The notes beneath the pieces were generated by a model, which was not told the DNA's origin, did not search any database, and saw nothing but the letters and a program-made list of their open reading frames with translations. Below, piece after piece: positions 8,883 through 17,465 of a stretch of DNA of 64,000 bases; position 1 is the stretch's first letter; each line of letters starts with the position of its first letter. Made by a program: the position numbers and the translations under genes. Origin of the DNA: Gemmatimonadota bacterium (lineage in GTDB: Bacteria; Gemmatimonadota; Gemmatimonadetes; Palauibacterales; Palauibacteraceae). The stretch is from positions 14,456 through 78,455 of the forward strand of contig JBDHIM010000002.1 in assembly GCA_039587445.1 (NCBI GenBank), read 5' to 3'.

Positions 8883-10352
8883 TCAATAGGTCGGCATGCT
8901 CTCGTCGACCTCCTCGGCCCAGGCCAGGATCCCGCCCTTCAGGTTGATCGCGTCGAAGCCCGCTTCGCGCAGCTTCTCCACCGCCAGTGCGCTGCGCGCC
9001 CCCGAGCGGCAGTAGACGACCAACGGAGTGGCCGGATCCAGTTCTCCGACGACCGTGGGGAAGACGCCGAGCGGGGTCAGACGAGCTCCCTGCGACCCCA
9101 GGTTGCAGATCTGCCACTCGTACGGCTCACGCACGTCGATCAGCTGGAAGTCTCGGCCTTCATCCAGCCATCGCTGGAGTTGAGTCACCTCAATCTCGGG
9201 CACGCCTTCGGCCGAACCGCCTCGGTCCACGTTCACCCCACAAAACTCCTCGTAGTCGATCAGCTCGGTGATCGTCGGGTCCTCACCGCACACCGGGCAC
9301 GACGGATCCGCATGGATGCTTAGCTCGCGAAACTGCATTTGCAAGGCGTCGATGAGAAGAATGCGTCCGGTGAGTGGCCGGCCCTGGCCCAGAATGAGCT
9401 TGATCGTCTCAGTCGCCTGGATCGTGCCGACGATGCCTGGGAGCACGCCGAACACTCCGGCGTCCGCGCAGCTCGGCGCCAGCTCGGCCGGCGGCGGCTC
9501 ACGAAACAGGCAGCGATAGCACGGTCCGTCCTCTGCTCCGAAGACGGATACTTGTCCCTCGAAGCGGAAGATCGCTCCGTAAACCGTTGGGATTCCCAGG
9601 AGCACTGCCGCATCGTTTACGAGGTAGCGAGTCGGGAAGTTGTCGCTCCCGTCCACCACGACCTCCCAGCCCTGCATGATCTCCAGCGCGTTGCCCGAGT
9701 CCAGCCTGGTCTCGAACGTCTCCACATCCACATCGGGATTGATCGCATGGAGGCGAGTCCGAGCGGATTCCAGCTTCGAAGTACCGACGGAAGACGTATC
9801 GTGCAGGATCTGTCGCTGCAGGTTCGTGAAGTCCACTACATCGTGGTCGACGATGCCTATCTTCCCGACTCCGGCTGCCGTGAGATAGAGCGCGACGGGC
9901 GAGCCCAGACCGCCGGCGCCGACGAGAAGAACCCGAGCTCCCTTGAGCCGTTCCTGCCCTTCCACGCCCACCTCGGGGATGAGAAGATGACGGCTGTAGC
10001 GGCGGAGCTCATCGGTCGTGAGCCCGGCACGCTCGGCTTCGGCCCCACCTCCAGTCACCTCGATCATCTCCGAGGTGCGCCCGCCGGCGATCGACGGGAT
10101 GATGCTCAGCTCCGCCCCCTCCTCCAGCACCGGATCCTCGGGCAGGTCGCGGAGATTGCTCGTACCGACGTAGACATTCACGAAGTTCCGCAGCTCGCCG
10201 TCGTCGTCGACAAGCTGGGCACGAAGACGCTCGTTGGATTCCGTCAGCCGAGCGAGCGCCTCGTGGGCTGTCTCCGCCTCGACGTCGACGCTCGACCGCC
10301 CGTCCACGAAGGGTCGCAGCGGTGTCGGGATGCGTATCGAGACTCTAGCCAT
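8883..10352 (-). CDS. Fusion protein: ThiS/MoaD/CysO-like sulfur-carrier domain + MoeB/ThiF E1-like adenylyltransferase + rhodanese (MoeZ-like)
   Basis: I prefer the start at MARVSIRIP (10352). Residues 1-91 end in ...AELSIIPSIAGG (beta-grasp carrier terminus). The E1 domain has GAGGLGS, CYRC...CPVCG (Zn) and PSCADAGVFG. The rhodanese domain has VVYCRSGARS. Confidence 0.85.
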   Translation of the reverse strand: MARVSIRIPTPLRPFVDGRSSVDVEAETAHEALARLTESNERLRAQLVDDDGELRNFVNVYVGTSNLRDLPEDPVLEEGAELSIIPSIAGGRTSEMIEVTGGGAEAERAGLTTDELRRYSRHLLIPEVGVEGQERLKGARVLLVGAGGLGSPVALYLTAAGVGKIGIVDHDVVDFTNLQRQILHDTSSVGTSKLESARTRLHAINPDVDVETFETRLDSGNALEIMQGWEVVVDGSDNFPTRYLVNDAAVLLGIPTVYGAIFRFEGQVSVFGAEDGPCYRCLFREPPPAELAPSCADAGVFGVLPGIVGTIQATETIKLILGQGRPLTGRILLIDALQMQFRELSIHADPSCPVCGEDPTITELIDYEEFCGVNVDRGGSAEGVPEIEVTQLQRWLDEGRDFQLIDVREPYEWQICNLGSQGARLTPLGVFPTVVGELDPATPLVVYCRSGARSALAVEKLREAGFDAINLKGGILAWAEEVDESMPTY

Positions 10353-10380
10353 TCTTACACCTCTCGCTGGCGTGCATCGA

Positions 10381-10815
10381 TCAAGTATAGTGGATCGACC
10401 GCTCCTCGAAGCGGCCGGTGTCCACATCCAGTTCCCAGGCCCGCGTTTCCTCGGGCTTTCCCGTCGCGACCCGGATGATCAGGTAGTAGTACCACGGCCA
10501 TGCCAGCTCGCGATCGGTCTCCGAGGGCGTCGGTGGGGCGTCAGGGTGGGAGTGATAGAATCCGAGCACTCGCGCGCCGCCCTCCTCTTCGGCGGCCAGA
10601 GCGCGACGAAGGCTCTCCGGATCCACCAGGTAACGATCCACTCGTTCCGACCACCGGTTCGGTGCGGGCCGGAAGCCCTCGACCACCCGCCTGTCCCCCT
10701 CGATCCGGCCAAGCAGGATTCCGCACGCCTCCCCTGGATAGCCCTGCGCAGCGGATGCGAGCAGATCGGCGCAGATCTTCGAGCCGATCTCCAGCCGGGT
10801 CCGCGGCACGCTCAC
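10381..10815 (-). CDS. JAMM/MPN+ metallopeptidase (Mec+-like)
   Basis: EACGILLG ... GFYHSHPDAPPTPSETD gives a complete E...HxHx7Sx2D JAMM motif. The GTG start forms a GTGA overlap with the cysM stop (10812-10815). Confidence 0.85.
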   Translation of the reverse strand: MSVPRTRLEIGSKICADLLASAAQGYPGEACGILLGRIEGDRRVVEGFRPAPNRWSERVDRYLVDPESLRRALAAEEEGGARVLGFYHSHPDAPPTPSETDRELAWPWYYYLIIRVATGKPEETRAWELDVDTGRFEERSIHYT

Positions 10816-11756
10816 GATCTGCTCGCTCTCTCGCTGACATAGCGGTCTCCGCCGTCCGGCAGGACCGTGACGATCGTGCCGGCTTCGAGTCGTTCCGCGA
10901 CCCGAACGCAGCCCGCGTAGGCGGCCCCGGAAGACGTGCCGACGAAGAGGCCGCTCTCTCGCGCGAGCCGTCGCGCCCAACTCTGGGCTTCCTCCGTGGA
11001 GATCCTGATCCTCTCGTCGGCCACCGTCGGATCGTAGATCGCCGGACGCAGCGCTGAATCGAGGTTTTTCAGGCCTTCGATGCCGTGCAGGGCTTCGAGT
11101 GGCTCTACCGCTATGATCCGCACCCGGTTCTCCAGCTCGCGCAATCGCCGGCCCGTGCCGATCAAGGTCCCGGTCGTGCCGAGGCCGGCCACGAAGTGAG
11201 TGATGCCTCCACCGCTCTGCTGCCAGATCTCTAGAGCCGTGCCCACGTAGTGTGCCCGCCAGTTTCCAGGGTTCGAGTACTGGTCGGCGTACCAGTAGCG
11301 ATCCGGCGTCGCCTTGGCCAAGCGTCGAGCCTCGAGGATCGAGCCGTCAGTTCCCTCGAGCGGGTCCGTGAGGACGAGGCGTGCCCCAAAGGCTTCCAGG
11401 GTCCGCAGCCTCTCCCGGCTCGCGTTCTCCGGCAGGCAGAGGGTGACCTCGAAGCCTACGGCAGCCCCGATCATGGCGTAGGCGATGGCGGTGTTTCCGG
11501 AACTGGCGTCAAGAAGGGACCGGTCCGCGAGTCTGCCCGTCCACAGCCCATCCCGAACGATCGACCACGCGGTGCGATCCTTCACGGAGCCGCCAGGATT
11601 GAGCCACTCGGCCTTACCTAGGATCTCGACGCGCGGGTCGGGCGACGGCAGGTGGAGCAGAGGCGTTCGCCCGATGGCCTCCACGAGCGCCCGCGCCGAG
11701 CGCGACAGGGTGACGTGAGAGCCGAGCTTTTCCGGGTGGCCGAGGGCTGGTTCCAT
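10812..11756 (-). CDS. cysM: Cysteine synthase B-type PLP enzyme (CysM-like, probably thiocarboxylate/O-phosphoserine dependent)
   Basis: NPGGSVKDR (PLP-Lys), SSGNTAIAYA and GLGTTGTLIGTG. I prefer the ATG at 11756 (MEPALG) because the track start (TTG at 11792) lies in the U-tail of a terminator. Confidence 0.85.
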   Translation of the reverse strand: MEPALGHPEKLGSHVTLSRSARALVEAIGRTPLLHLPSPDPRVEILGKAEWLNPGGSVKDRTAWSIVRDGLWTGRLADRSLLDASSGNTAIAYAMIGAAVGFEVTLCLPENASRERLRTLEAFGARLVLTDPLEGTDGSILEARRLAKATPDRYWYADQYSNPGNWRAHYVGTALEIWQQSGGGITHFVAGLGTTGTLIGTGRRLRELENRVRIIAVEPLEALHGIEGLKNLDSALRPAIYDPTVADERIRISTEEAQSWARRLARESGLFVGTSSGAAYAGCVRVAERLEAGTIVTVLPDGGDRYVSERASRS

Positions 11757-11784
11757 CGTCCCTTCGCGTTCGCTGAAGTATCCT

Positions 11785-11820
11785 GGATACAAGAAAGCCG
11801 CGAGCTGGGGCTCGCGGCTT
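11785..11820 (-). terminator. Intrinsic terminator (11-bp perfect stem, CCCA loop, U-rich tail) 38 nt upstream of the cysM ATG
   Basis: The minus strand reads AAGCCGCGAGC-CCCA-GCTCGCGGCTT-TCTTGTATCC. The stem spans 11795..11820 and the tail 11785..11794. Confidence 0.7.
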
Positions 11821-12102
11821 GTGGCGCCATCCGGAACGATCTTTCGATCTACGCGCGCACCGCGGTCCCACGCCGTCGGAAGCTCATTCGACAGCTACAG
11901 ACGGCCGTAACGCTCGTCTTTCCGGTTTTCGATGTGCGCACTGTCATCTTCACGCGGTCATCGGTTCGAGGGCTCTCCGGCCCGACCAAACGGGTGGAGT
12001 CTGTACAATGGAACCCCTCAGCCCTGCCTTTGGTTTCCCGGCTCGAATCGGTTTCCGATGTCGAACCGCTCGGCGACGCTCCTGCCAAGGGAAGGGCAGC
12101 CG
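11821..12102 (-). promoter_or_regulatory. Structured non-coding leader between rpe and cysM (candidate attenuator or riboswitch, class unrecognised)
   Basis: No credible ORF. An 8-bp long-range complement pairs 12061-12068 with 11962-11969. Local hairpins include TCGACATCGG-AAA-CCGATTCGA and GATC-GAAA-GATC. The region ends in the terminator above. Confidence 0.35.
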
Positions 12103-12786
12103 TCACACCGGCACGGCGGCGGCGGCCTGCAGGGCTCTGAAGTTCTCGGCCACGCTGCCGGCGCCCCGGAAGACAGAGGAGCCGGCGATGAGCACGTCCG
12201 CTCCGGCCGCTACCGCGAGCGGCGCCGTCTCCGTGTCCACGCCGCCATCGATCTGGAACCGGATACCCTCCAGCCCGGACGCCGCCGCCATCTCCCGGAT
12301 TCGTCCCAGCTTCGGAAGCACCGAAGCGATGAACCGCTGCCCGCCGAAGCCCGGGTTCACGGTCATGACGAGAACGAGATCGACCAGGTGGAGCACCTCC
12401 CCGATCGCCTCCGCCGGCGTCGCCGGGTTCATCGCGACCCCGCACCGGCAGCCGAGCTTTCGGATCTCGACGAGATCGCGGTGCAGGTGGAGGCTCCCCT
12501 CCTGGTGGATCGTGATGAGGTCGGCACCCGCATCGGCGAAGGGCGCGAGGAACCGTCCGGGTTCGTGCACCATAAGGTGGGCGTCTACGAACGCCTCCGT
12601 ACTTTCCCGAAGCGCACGGGCCACCGGGAGTCCGGCCGCGAGGTTCGGCACGAAGCGGCCGTCCATCACATCCAGCTGGAACCAGCGCGCGCCGGCCTCT
12701 TCGGCTTCCCGCACCTGCTCTCCGAGACGGGCGTAGTCGGCGGCCAGCACCGACGGAGCGATCACGATCCCTTCGGGCGCGTCCAT
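12103..12786 (-). CDS. rpe: Ribulose-phosphate 3-epimerase
   Basis: IAPSVLAADYARLGEQV...FQLDVMDGRFVPNL...HLMV...VMTVNPGFGGQ...IDGG. I prefer the start at MDAPEG (12786). Confidence 0.9.
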   Translation of the reverse strand: MDAPEGIVIAPSVLAADYARLGEQVREAEEAGARWFQLDVMDGRFVPNLAAGLPVARALRESTEAFVDAHLMVHEPGRFLAPFADAGADLITIHQEGSLHLHRDLVEIRKLGCRCGVAMNPATPAEAIGEVLHLVDLVLVMTVNPGFGGQRFIASVLPKLGRIREMAAASGLEGIRFQIDGGVDTETAPLAVAAGADVLIAGSSVFRGAGSVAENFRALQAAAAVPV

Positions 12787-12963
12787 ACGGTTGAGATCCT
12801 TCCGGCACAAAGTGATAGGGGGCTAGCTGCCCGGCGTCGGACCCACGAATTATAGTCAGATCCCGGAGGCCGCCAGAGGGGGGAGCTTGCCATCAGGCGC
12901 GGTCCCCGTTCCTTTCGGGCCCGACGCGTTGACTTCGACTCCGGATCCGGCCTCGGCGATTCC

Positions 12964-15318
12964 GTGACACCCTCCATCCTTCTGGTCCTGGCGATCGTGG
13001 CGGCGGCCGTCGTGCTCTTCGTCACCGAATGGGTACGCTACGACCTCGTCGCGCTCATCGTCCTACTCCTGCTCGCACTGACGGGGCTGATTACGGGGTT
13101 AGAGGCCATCCAGGGGTTCAGCAACCCGGCCGTCATCACGATCGCCGCGGTTCTGGTTCTCAGCGGCGGTCTGTACAGAACGGGCATCGCGCACTTCGTC
13201 GGCGACCACGTCCTGCGGCTGGCCGGAGAGGGTGCGGGTCGGCTCACCCTCCTCATGATGGTCACCGCCGGTCTTCTCTCCGCCATCATGAACAACATAG
13301 CGGTCAGCGCGCTCCTCATTCCGGTCGTTTTGGAGATCTCCGGCCGTACCGGTCACGCACCGTCCAAGCTTCTGATTCCGCTCGCCTTCGCCTCGCTGCT
13401 GGGCGGCATGACCACGATGATAGGCACCGCCCCGAACATCCTGATCAGCGGTGCGGCGGCCGATGCGGGTCTCGGCGGCTTCGGCATGTTCGCGTTCACG
13501 CCCGTCGGTATCGCCGCCCTCGTGGCGGGGGTCGCCTATATGGCGCTGATCGGCCGCCGGCTCCTGCCCGAGCGCCGAAAAGACGGGAAGCGCGGAGTCG
13601 GCGCCGGCCTGTGGGCGCAGTTCGAGCTCGAGGACACGCTGTTCAGCCTCCAGCTTCCGGCCGGATCGACGCTAGATGGTCGCACACTCGTCGAGAGCCG
13701 GCTCGGAACAGTGCTCGGCCTCACCATCCTGGCCGTCGTGCGCGACGGCAACTACATCCTGGCCCCCACCGCCACCTTCGTGCTTCGAGCCGGTGACCGC
13801 GTCGTGGCAGAGGGGAGGCGCTCGGCGCTCGAAGCCGCCAAGACCTGGAGACGGCTATCCACCGAGGAGCGCCCTGCCGCGGCGGAGCTTCTCTCGGAAT
13901 CGGTCGGCTTCCTGGAGGCCACCGTCGGCCACGGAGCTCCGATCCTCGGAGAGAACATCATCGACGCCAACTTTCGACGTCGGTTCCACGCCACCGTGTT
14001 GGCCGTCGCCCGCAGCGGCGTCGTGAAGCGGACGCGCCTCCACCAGACGCAGCTCGAGGTGGGTGACGTGCTGTTGCTGCGCGCGGACGTGGAACGCCTC
14101 GAAGGGCTTCGAGGGGCGCCCGACTTCTCCGACGTCCAGCCGATCGGAGGCGAGGAGGCAGGCCGGCGATACCGCCTGGAGCGGCGGCTGCTGTGTGTCG
14201 TCGTTCCGGAGCGCTCCTGGCTAGACGGCCGACGTCTGGATGAAACGCGTATCCGGGCCGCCCTCGACCTGACCGTGCTCGAGATTCGGCGCGACGGCGA
14301 GAGAAGCCTTCTTCCTGAAGGGGACACGGTGCTGCGGGCCGGAGACCGGCTCTTCCTGGAGGGCAGGGAGGAGGATCTCTCCATCCTCGAGGGGATCCAG
14401 GGGCTCGAGTTCGACGGAGAGCAGCCCCTGCTGCTGGAGGACCTCGAGTCGAACACGGTCGGCTTCGCCGAGGTCACGCTCTCACCGCGCACCACCATCG
14501 GCGGAAGGACCCTGCAAGATCTCGGCTTCCGAGAGAGGTACGGGCTGATGGTCCTCGCGATAGAGCGCGGACGTCGCGTCTATCACTGGAACGTCAAGGT
14601 CCGCTCGACGCCCCTTCAGTTCGGGGATGCGCTCCTTCTGTACGGCCGGCGCTCGGAGTTGGCCAAGCTGGCGCGGGACCCTGACTGGCTGGTGCTCAGC
14701 GCAGAGGTGCGGGAGGCGTTCCGCGATCGGAAGGCACCCCTGGCCACGGCCATAATGGCGGCCATGATCCTCTCGGTAGGCCTCGGCTGGCTCAAGATCT
14801 ACGTCGCGGCTCCGACGGGGGCTCTGTTGATGATCTTCACAGGGTGCCTCACGGCGGACGAGGCCTACAAGTTCATCGAATGGAAGGTCCTGATGCTCAT
14901 CGCCGGGATGCTGGCGCTGGGACTCGCCATGGAGGGAACGGGAGCCGCCGGGCTCATCGCGCAATCGGTGCTCGGAGTGGCCGGCTCGGCTGGACCACGG
15001 GTGTTGCTCGCGTCCCTCTTCCTGATCACCGCGCTGGCCGCGCAGTTCATGCCGACCGCCGCCGTGGCTGTCCTGATGGCACCGATCGCGCTCGGTAGCG
15101 CCGCCGACCTCGGCCTATCGCCCCACGCCCTCCTCATGGTGGTGGCGATCGGGAGCTCGTGCGCCTTCATGAGCCCCTTTGGCCATCCCGTGAACCTCCT
15201 GGTGATGGGCGTGGGCGGCTACCGGGTCTCGGACTACACACGGGTGGGGATTCCCCTCGTCGCGGTCCTGCTCGGAGTGGTCCTCTTCGTGCTTCCGATG
15301 GTGTGGCCCCTGACCTGA
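12964..15318 (+). CDS. SLC13/DASS-family permease with four central TrkA-C (RCK_C) domains
   Basis: The N- and C-terminal halves are hydrophobic transporter repeats (SAIMNNIAVSALLIP / SCAFMSPFGHPVNL). Residues ~200-590 contain four repeats of the RCK_C pattern (e.g. L.G.TL.E..L....GL.ILA..R.G......P...L..GD.L...G). Confidence 0.85.
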   Translation: MTPSILLVLAIVAAAVVLFVTEWVRYDLVALIVLLLLALTGLITGLEAIQGFSNPAVITIAAVLVLSGGLYRTGIAHFVGDHVLRLAGEGAGRLTLLMMVTAGLLSAIMNNIAVSALLIPVVLEISGRTGHAPSKLLIPLAFASLLGGMTTMIGTAPNILISGAAADAGLGGFGMFAFTPVGIAALVAGVAYMALIGRRLLPERRKDGKRGVGAGLWAQFELEDTLFSLQLPAGSTLDGRTLVESRLGTVLGLTILAVVRDGNYILAPTATFVLRAGDRVVAEGRRSALEAAKTWRRLSTEERPAAAELLSESVGFLEATVGHGAPILGENIIDANFRRRFHATVLAVARSGVVKRTRLHQTQLEVGDVLLLRADVERLEGLRGAPDFSDVQPIGGEEAGRRYRLERRLLCVVVPERSWLDGRRLDETRIRAALDLTVLEIRRDGERSLLPEGDTVLRAGDRLFLEGREEDLSILEGIQGLEFDGEQPLLLEDLESNTVGFAEVTLSPRTTIGGRTLQDLGFRERYGLMVLAIERGRRVYHWNVKVRSTPLQFGDALLLYGRRSELAKLARDPDWLVLSAEVREAFRDRKAPLATAIMAAMILSVGLGWLKIYVAAPTGALLMIFTGCLTADEAYKFIEWKVLMLIAGMLALGLAMEGTGAAGLIAQSVLGVAGSAGPRVLLASLFLITALAAQFMPTAAVAVLMAPIALGSAADLGLSPHALLMVVAIGSSCAFMSPFGHPVNLLVMGVGGYRVSDYTRVGIPLVAVLLGVVLFVLPMVWPLT

Positions 15319-15367
15319 GCCTCCCTTCGAGCTGGCTGGCGGCCTCGTGATCCCAGCGTGATCGCGC

Positions 15368-16591
15368 TCAGATCAGCCCCAGCTTCCCACCCACCTTCTT
15401 CAGCGCGTCCAACGCCCGATCCAGGTGCTCTCTCTCGTGGGAGGCCGAGATCTGGCACCGGATCCGGGCTTCCCCCTTCGGCACGACAGGAAAGCCGAAG
15501 CCGATGACGAAAACGCCCTCCGCGAGGAGCTGGTTGCTCAGAGCGATCGCGTCAGACGTCTCTCCGATGATGACGGGGACGATAGGGGTGTCGCCATCGA
15601 TCGGCCGGTAGCCTAGCTCCAGCAGCCTCTCCCGGAAGTAGTCGGTGTTGGCCTTCAGCTTCGAGACGAGCTCGGGGTGGCTTTCCAGATGGCTGATGGC
15701 GGCGAGGGCGCCGCAGGCCGAATGGGGCGGAACCGCGTTCGTGAACAGCTGGGTGCGCGAAACCTGGGTCAGATAGTCACACAGATCTCGCGTACTGGCG
15801 GTGAAGCCACCCGCCATGCCGCCCAGCGCCTTCCCGAGAGTCGATGTAACGATGTCCACTTCGCCGTGCATCCCGAAGTGCTCGGGCGTCCCGCGGCCGG
15901 TCTCACCCAGCACCCCTGTGGCGTGGGAGTCATCGATGACCATGATGGCGTCGAACCGGTCACACAGCTCGCGTATCTCCGGCAGAGGGGCGATCTCCCC
16001 TTCCATGCTGAACACACCGTCGGTGATGACGAGCCGGTGACGGGCGTCGCGCGAGGCCTCCAGCACCTCGCGAAGGTGGTCCATGTCCATGTGACGATAG
16101 ATCTTGCGCTGTGCCTTGCACAACCGGATCCCGTCGATGATGGAAGCGTGATTGAGGGCATCGCTGATCAGAACGTCCTCCTCGCCGAGCACGGGCGCGA
16201 AGAGCCCTTCGTTGGCGTTCCAGCAGGAGGTGTAGGTGATCGACGCCTCCGTCCCGAGGAAGTCGGCGATCCCCTCCTCGAGCTCGCGGTGTATCGTGAA
16301 CGTCCCGCAGATGAAGCGAACCGAGGATGTCCCGGCTCCATAGCGGTCCACTCCGTCGCGAACCGCCTGCATGACCGAAGGCTCGTCGCACAGCCCGACG
16401 TAGTTGTTCGAGCAGAGGTTCACCACCTCGCCGAAGCCTTCCAGCCTGATCACCGCCGATTGAGGGCCCTCGATGTGACGCAGCGTTTTCAGCACGCCCC
16501 GGTCACGCATCTCGCCCAGCTCGCTGGCCAGCCGCTCGCTCAACCCCTGATTCAACGTGGCTCCTCCGATCCGTTCCGAGTAAAGCGTCAT
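15368..16591 (-). CDS. kbl: Glycine C-acetyltransferase (2-amino-3-ketobutyrate CoA ligase)
   Basis: NNYVGL, DALNHASIIDG, DDSHATGVLG and TSTLGKALGG (PLP-Lys) match the alpha-oxoamine synthase family. It is closest to the Kbl pattern, with BioF as the alternative. Confidence 0.85.
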   Translation of the reverse strand: MTLYSERIGGATLNQGLSERLASELGEMRDRGVLKTLRHIEGPQSAVIRLEGFGEVVNLCSNNYVGLCDEPSVMQAVRDGVDRYGAGTSSVRFICGTFTIHRELEEGIADFLGTEASITYTSCWNANEGLFAPVLGEEDVLISDALNHASIIDGIRLCKAQRKIYRHMDMDHLREVLEASRDARHRLVITDGVFSMEGEIAPLPEIRELCDRFDAIMVIDDSHATGVLGETGRGTPEHFGMHGEVDIVTSTLGKALGGMAGGFTASTRDLCDYLTQVSRTQLFTNAVPPHSACGALAAISHLESHPELVSKLKANTDYFRERLLELGYRPIDGDTPIVPVIIGETSDAIALSNQLLAEGVFVIGFGFPVVPKGEARIRCQISASHEREHLDRALDALKKVGGKLGLI

Positions 16592-16638
16592 ATCGCTATG
16601 TCATCTCGCTAGTCGAACACCTTGCTGCCCACATCCAG

Positions 16639-17322
16639 CTAATTGTAGTAGTCGCGCCCGCGACGCTCGGTCACCCCGGAAGAGTCGACCCGGATGCTGG
16701 GTCTAGACCCCCAGCGCCCGCAGAGCGTGAATCCTGCGAATGAGCCACGCACGAAGACCACGCGGTCCGTGCCCGCCTCCAAGGCGATCTCGTCCGGGGT
16801 ATCCCGAAGTGCGAAGGGTCGTTGGTTGGCTGCCCACCCGGGACCGAACAGCCAGCAGCCGCCGACGCTACGCACGGTCCCCTCTCCTACGGCCACCATC
16901 GGCGAGAAACCCCCGGAGTCGACCGCGGTGATCGTTCCGAGATCGAGCCCGCCGCGAGTTCGCACACGGTACCGTCCGGCACGCTCGAGGCTGAACGGCC
17001 GCGCGTGATAGAAACTGACGCGCTCCCGCGAGCACGTGGCATCGAACACGCTCCGCTCCGCGGAGAGCACTATCTCCGTCTCCGAGAGTGCGACGACTGC
17101 GGTGTCGAGCCGCCCGCAGGTCGTCGGGGAGACGGGGCCGGCGAACTCCAGGGAGAAGCTCTCGCCCACGACCACGGTGTCCGGATATGCTGCCCAGCTG
17201 ACGATCGCCTCGTCCGGCGTCGGTTCCCCGATTCGCCAGCATCCCGCCGCGATGGTCGCGATCAGGACGAGTGACGGATGCAGCGCTCTCCGTCTCAGGA
17301 TTGATTGTGCGATCGCTGTCAT
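16639..17322 (-). CDS. Hypothetical lipoprotein
   Basis: N-terminal signal with a lipobox-like LIATIAAGC. No recognised domain. Confidence 0.55.
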   Translation of the reverse strand: MTAIAQSILRRRALHPSLVLIATIAAGCWRIGEPTPDEAIVSWAAYPDTVVVGESFSLEFAGPVSPTTCGRLDTAVVALSETEIVLSAERSVFDATCSRERVSFYHARPFSLERAGRYRVRTRGGLDLGTITAVDSGGFSPMVAVGEGTVRSVGGCWLFGPGWAANQRPFALRDTPDEIALEAGTDRVVFVRGSFAGFTLCGRWGSRPSIRVDSSGVTERRGRDYYN

Positions 17323-17465
17323 GCTGGATTATCCCGCTCGAGCGGTGGGCAAAGTGTCCGGCCGGAGGGTGGTGGGCAAGGAGTCGAGCCAGTCGACAGC
17401 GCCTTCCGGTCGGGGGGCCGACGACCCGCCGGGAAACCTGACTTTCTGACGGTGTATCCTCCGGC

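Noticed and set aside
10812-11792. Track start (TTG at 11792) for cysM
   Set aside because: That TTG lies within the U-rich tail of the intrinsic terminator at 11785-11820. The ATG at 11756 (MEPALG...) still gives a full-length CysM.
11821-12102. Assigning the cysM leader to the cobalamin or SAM riboswitch classes
   Set aside because: A GGGAAACC...CTG...GTA stretch is vaguely reminiscent of cobalamin elements, and a BtuF-like gene is in the operon. However, I cannot find a B12 box or the SAM-I/IV GCAACC/GGTGC cores, so no class is claimed.
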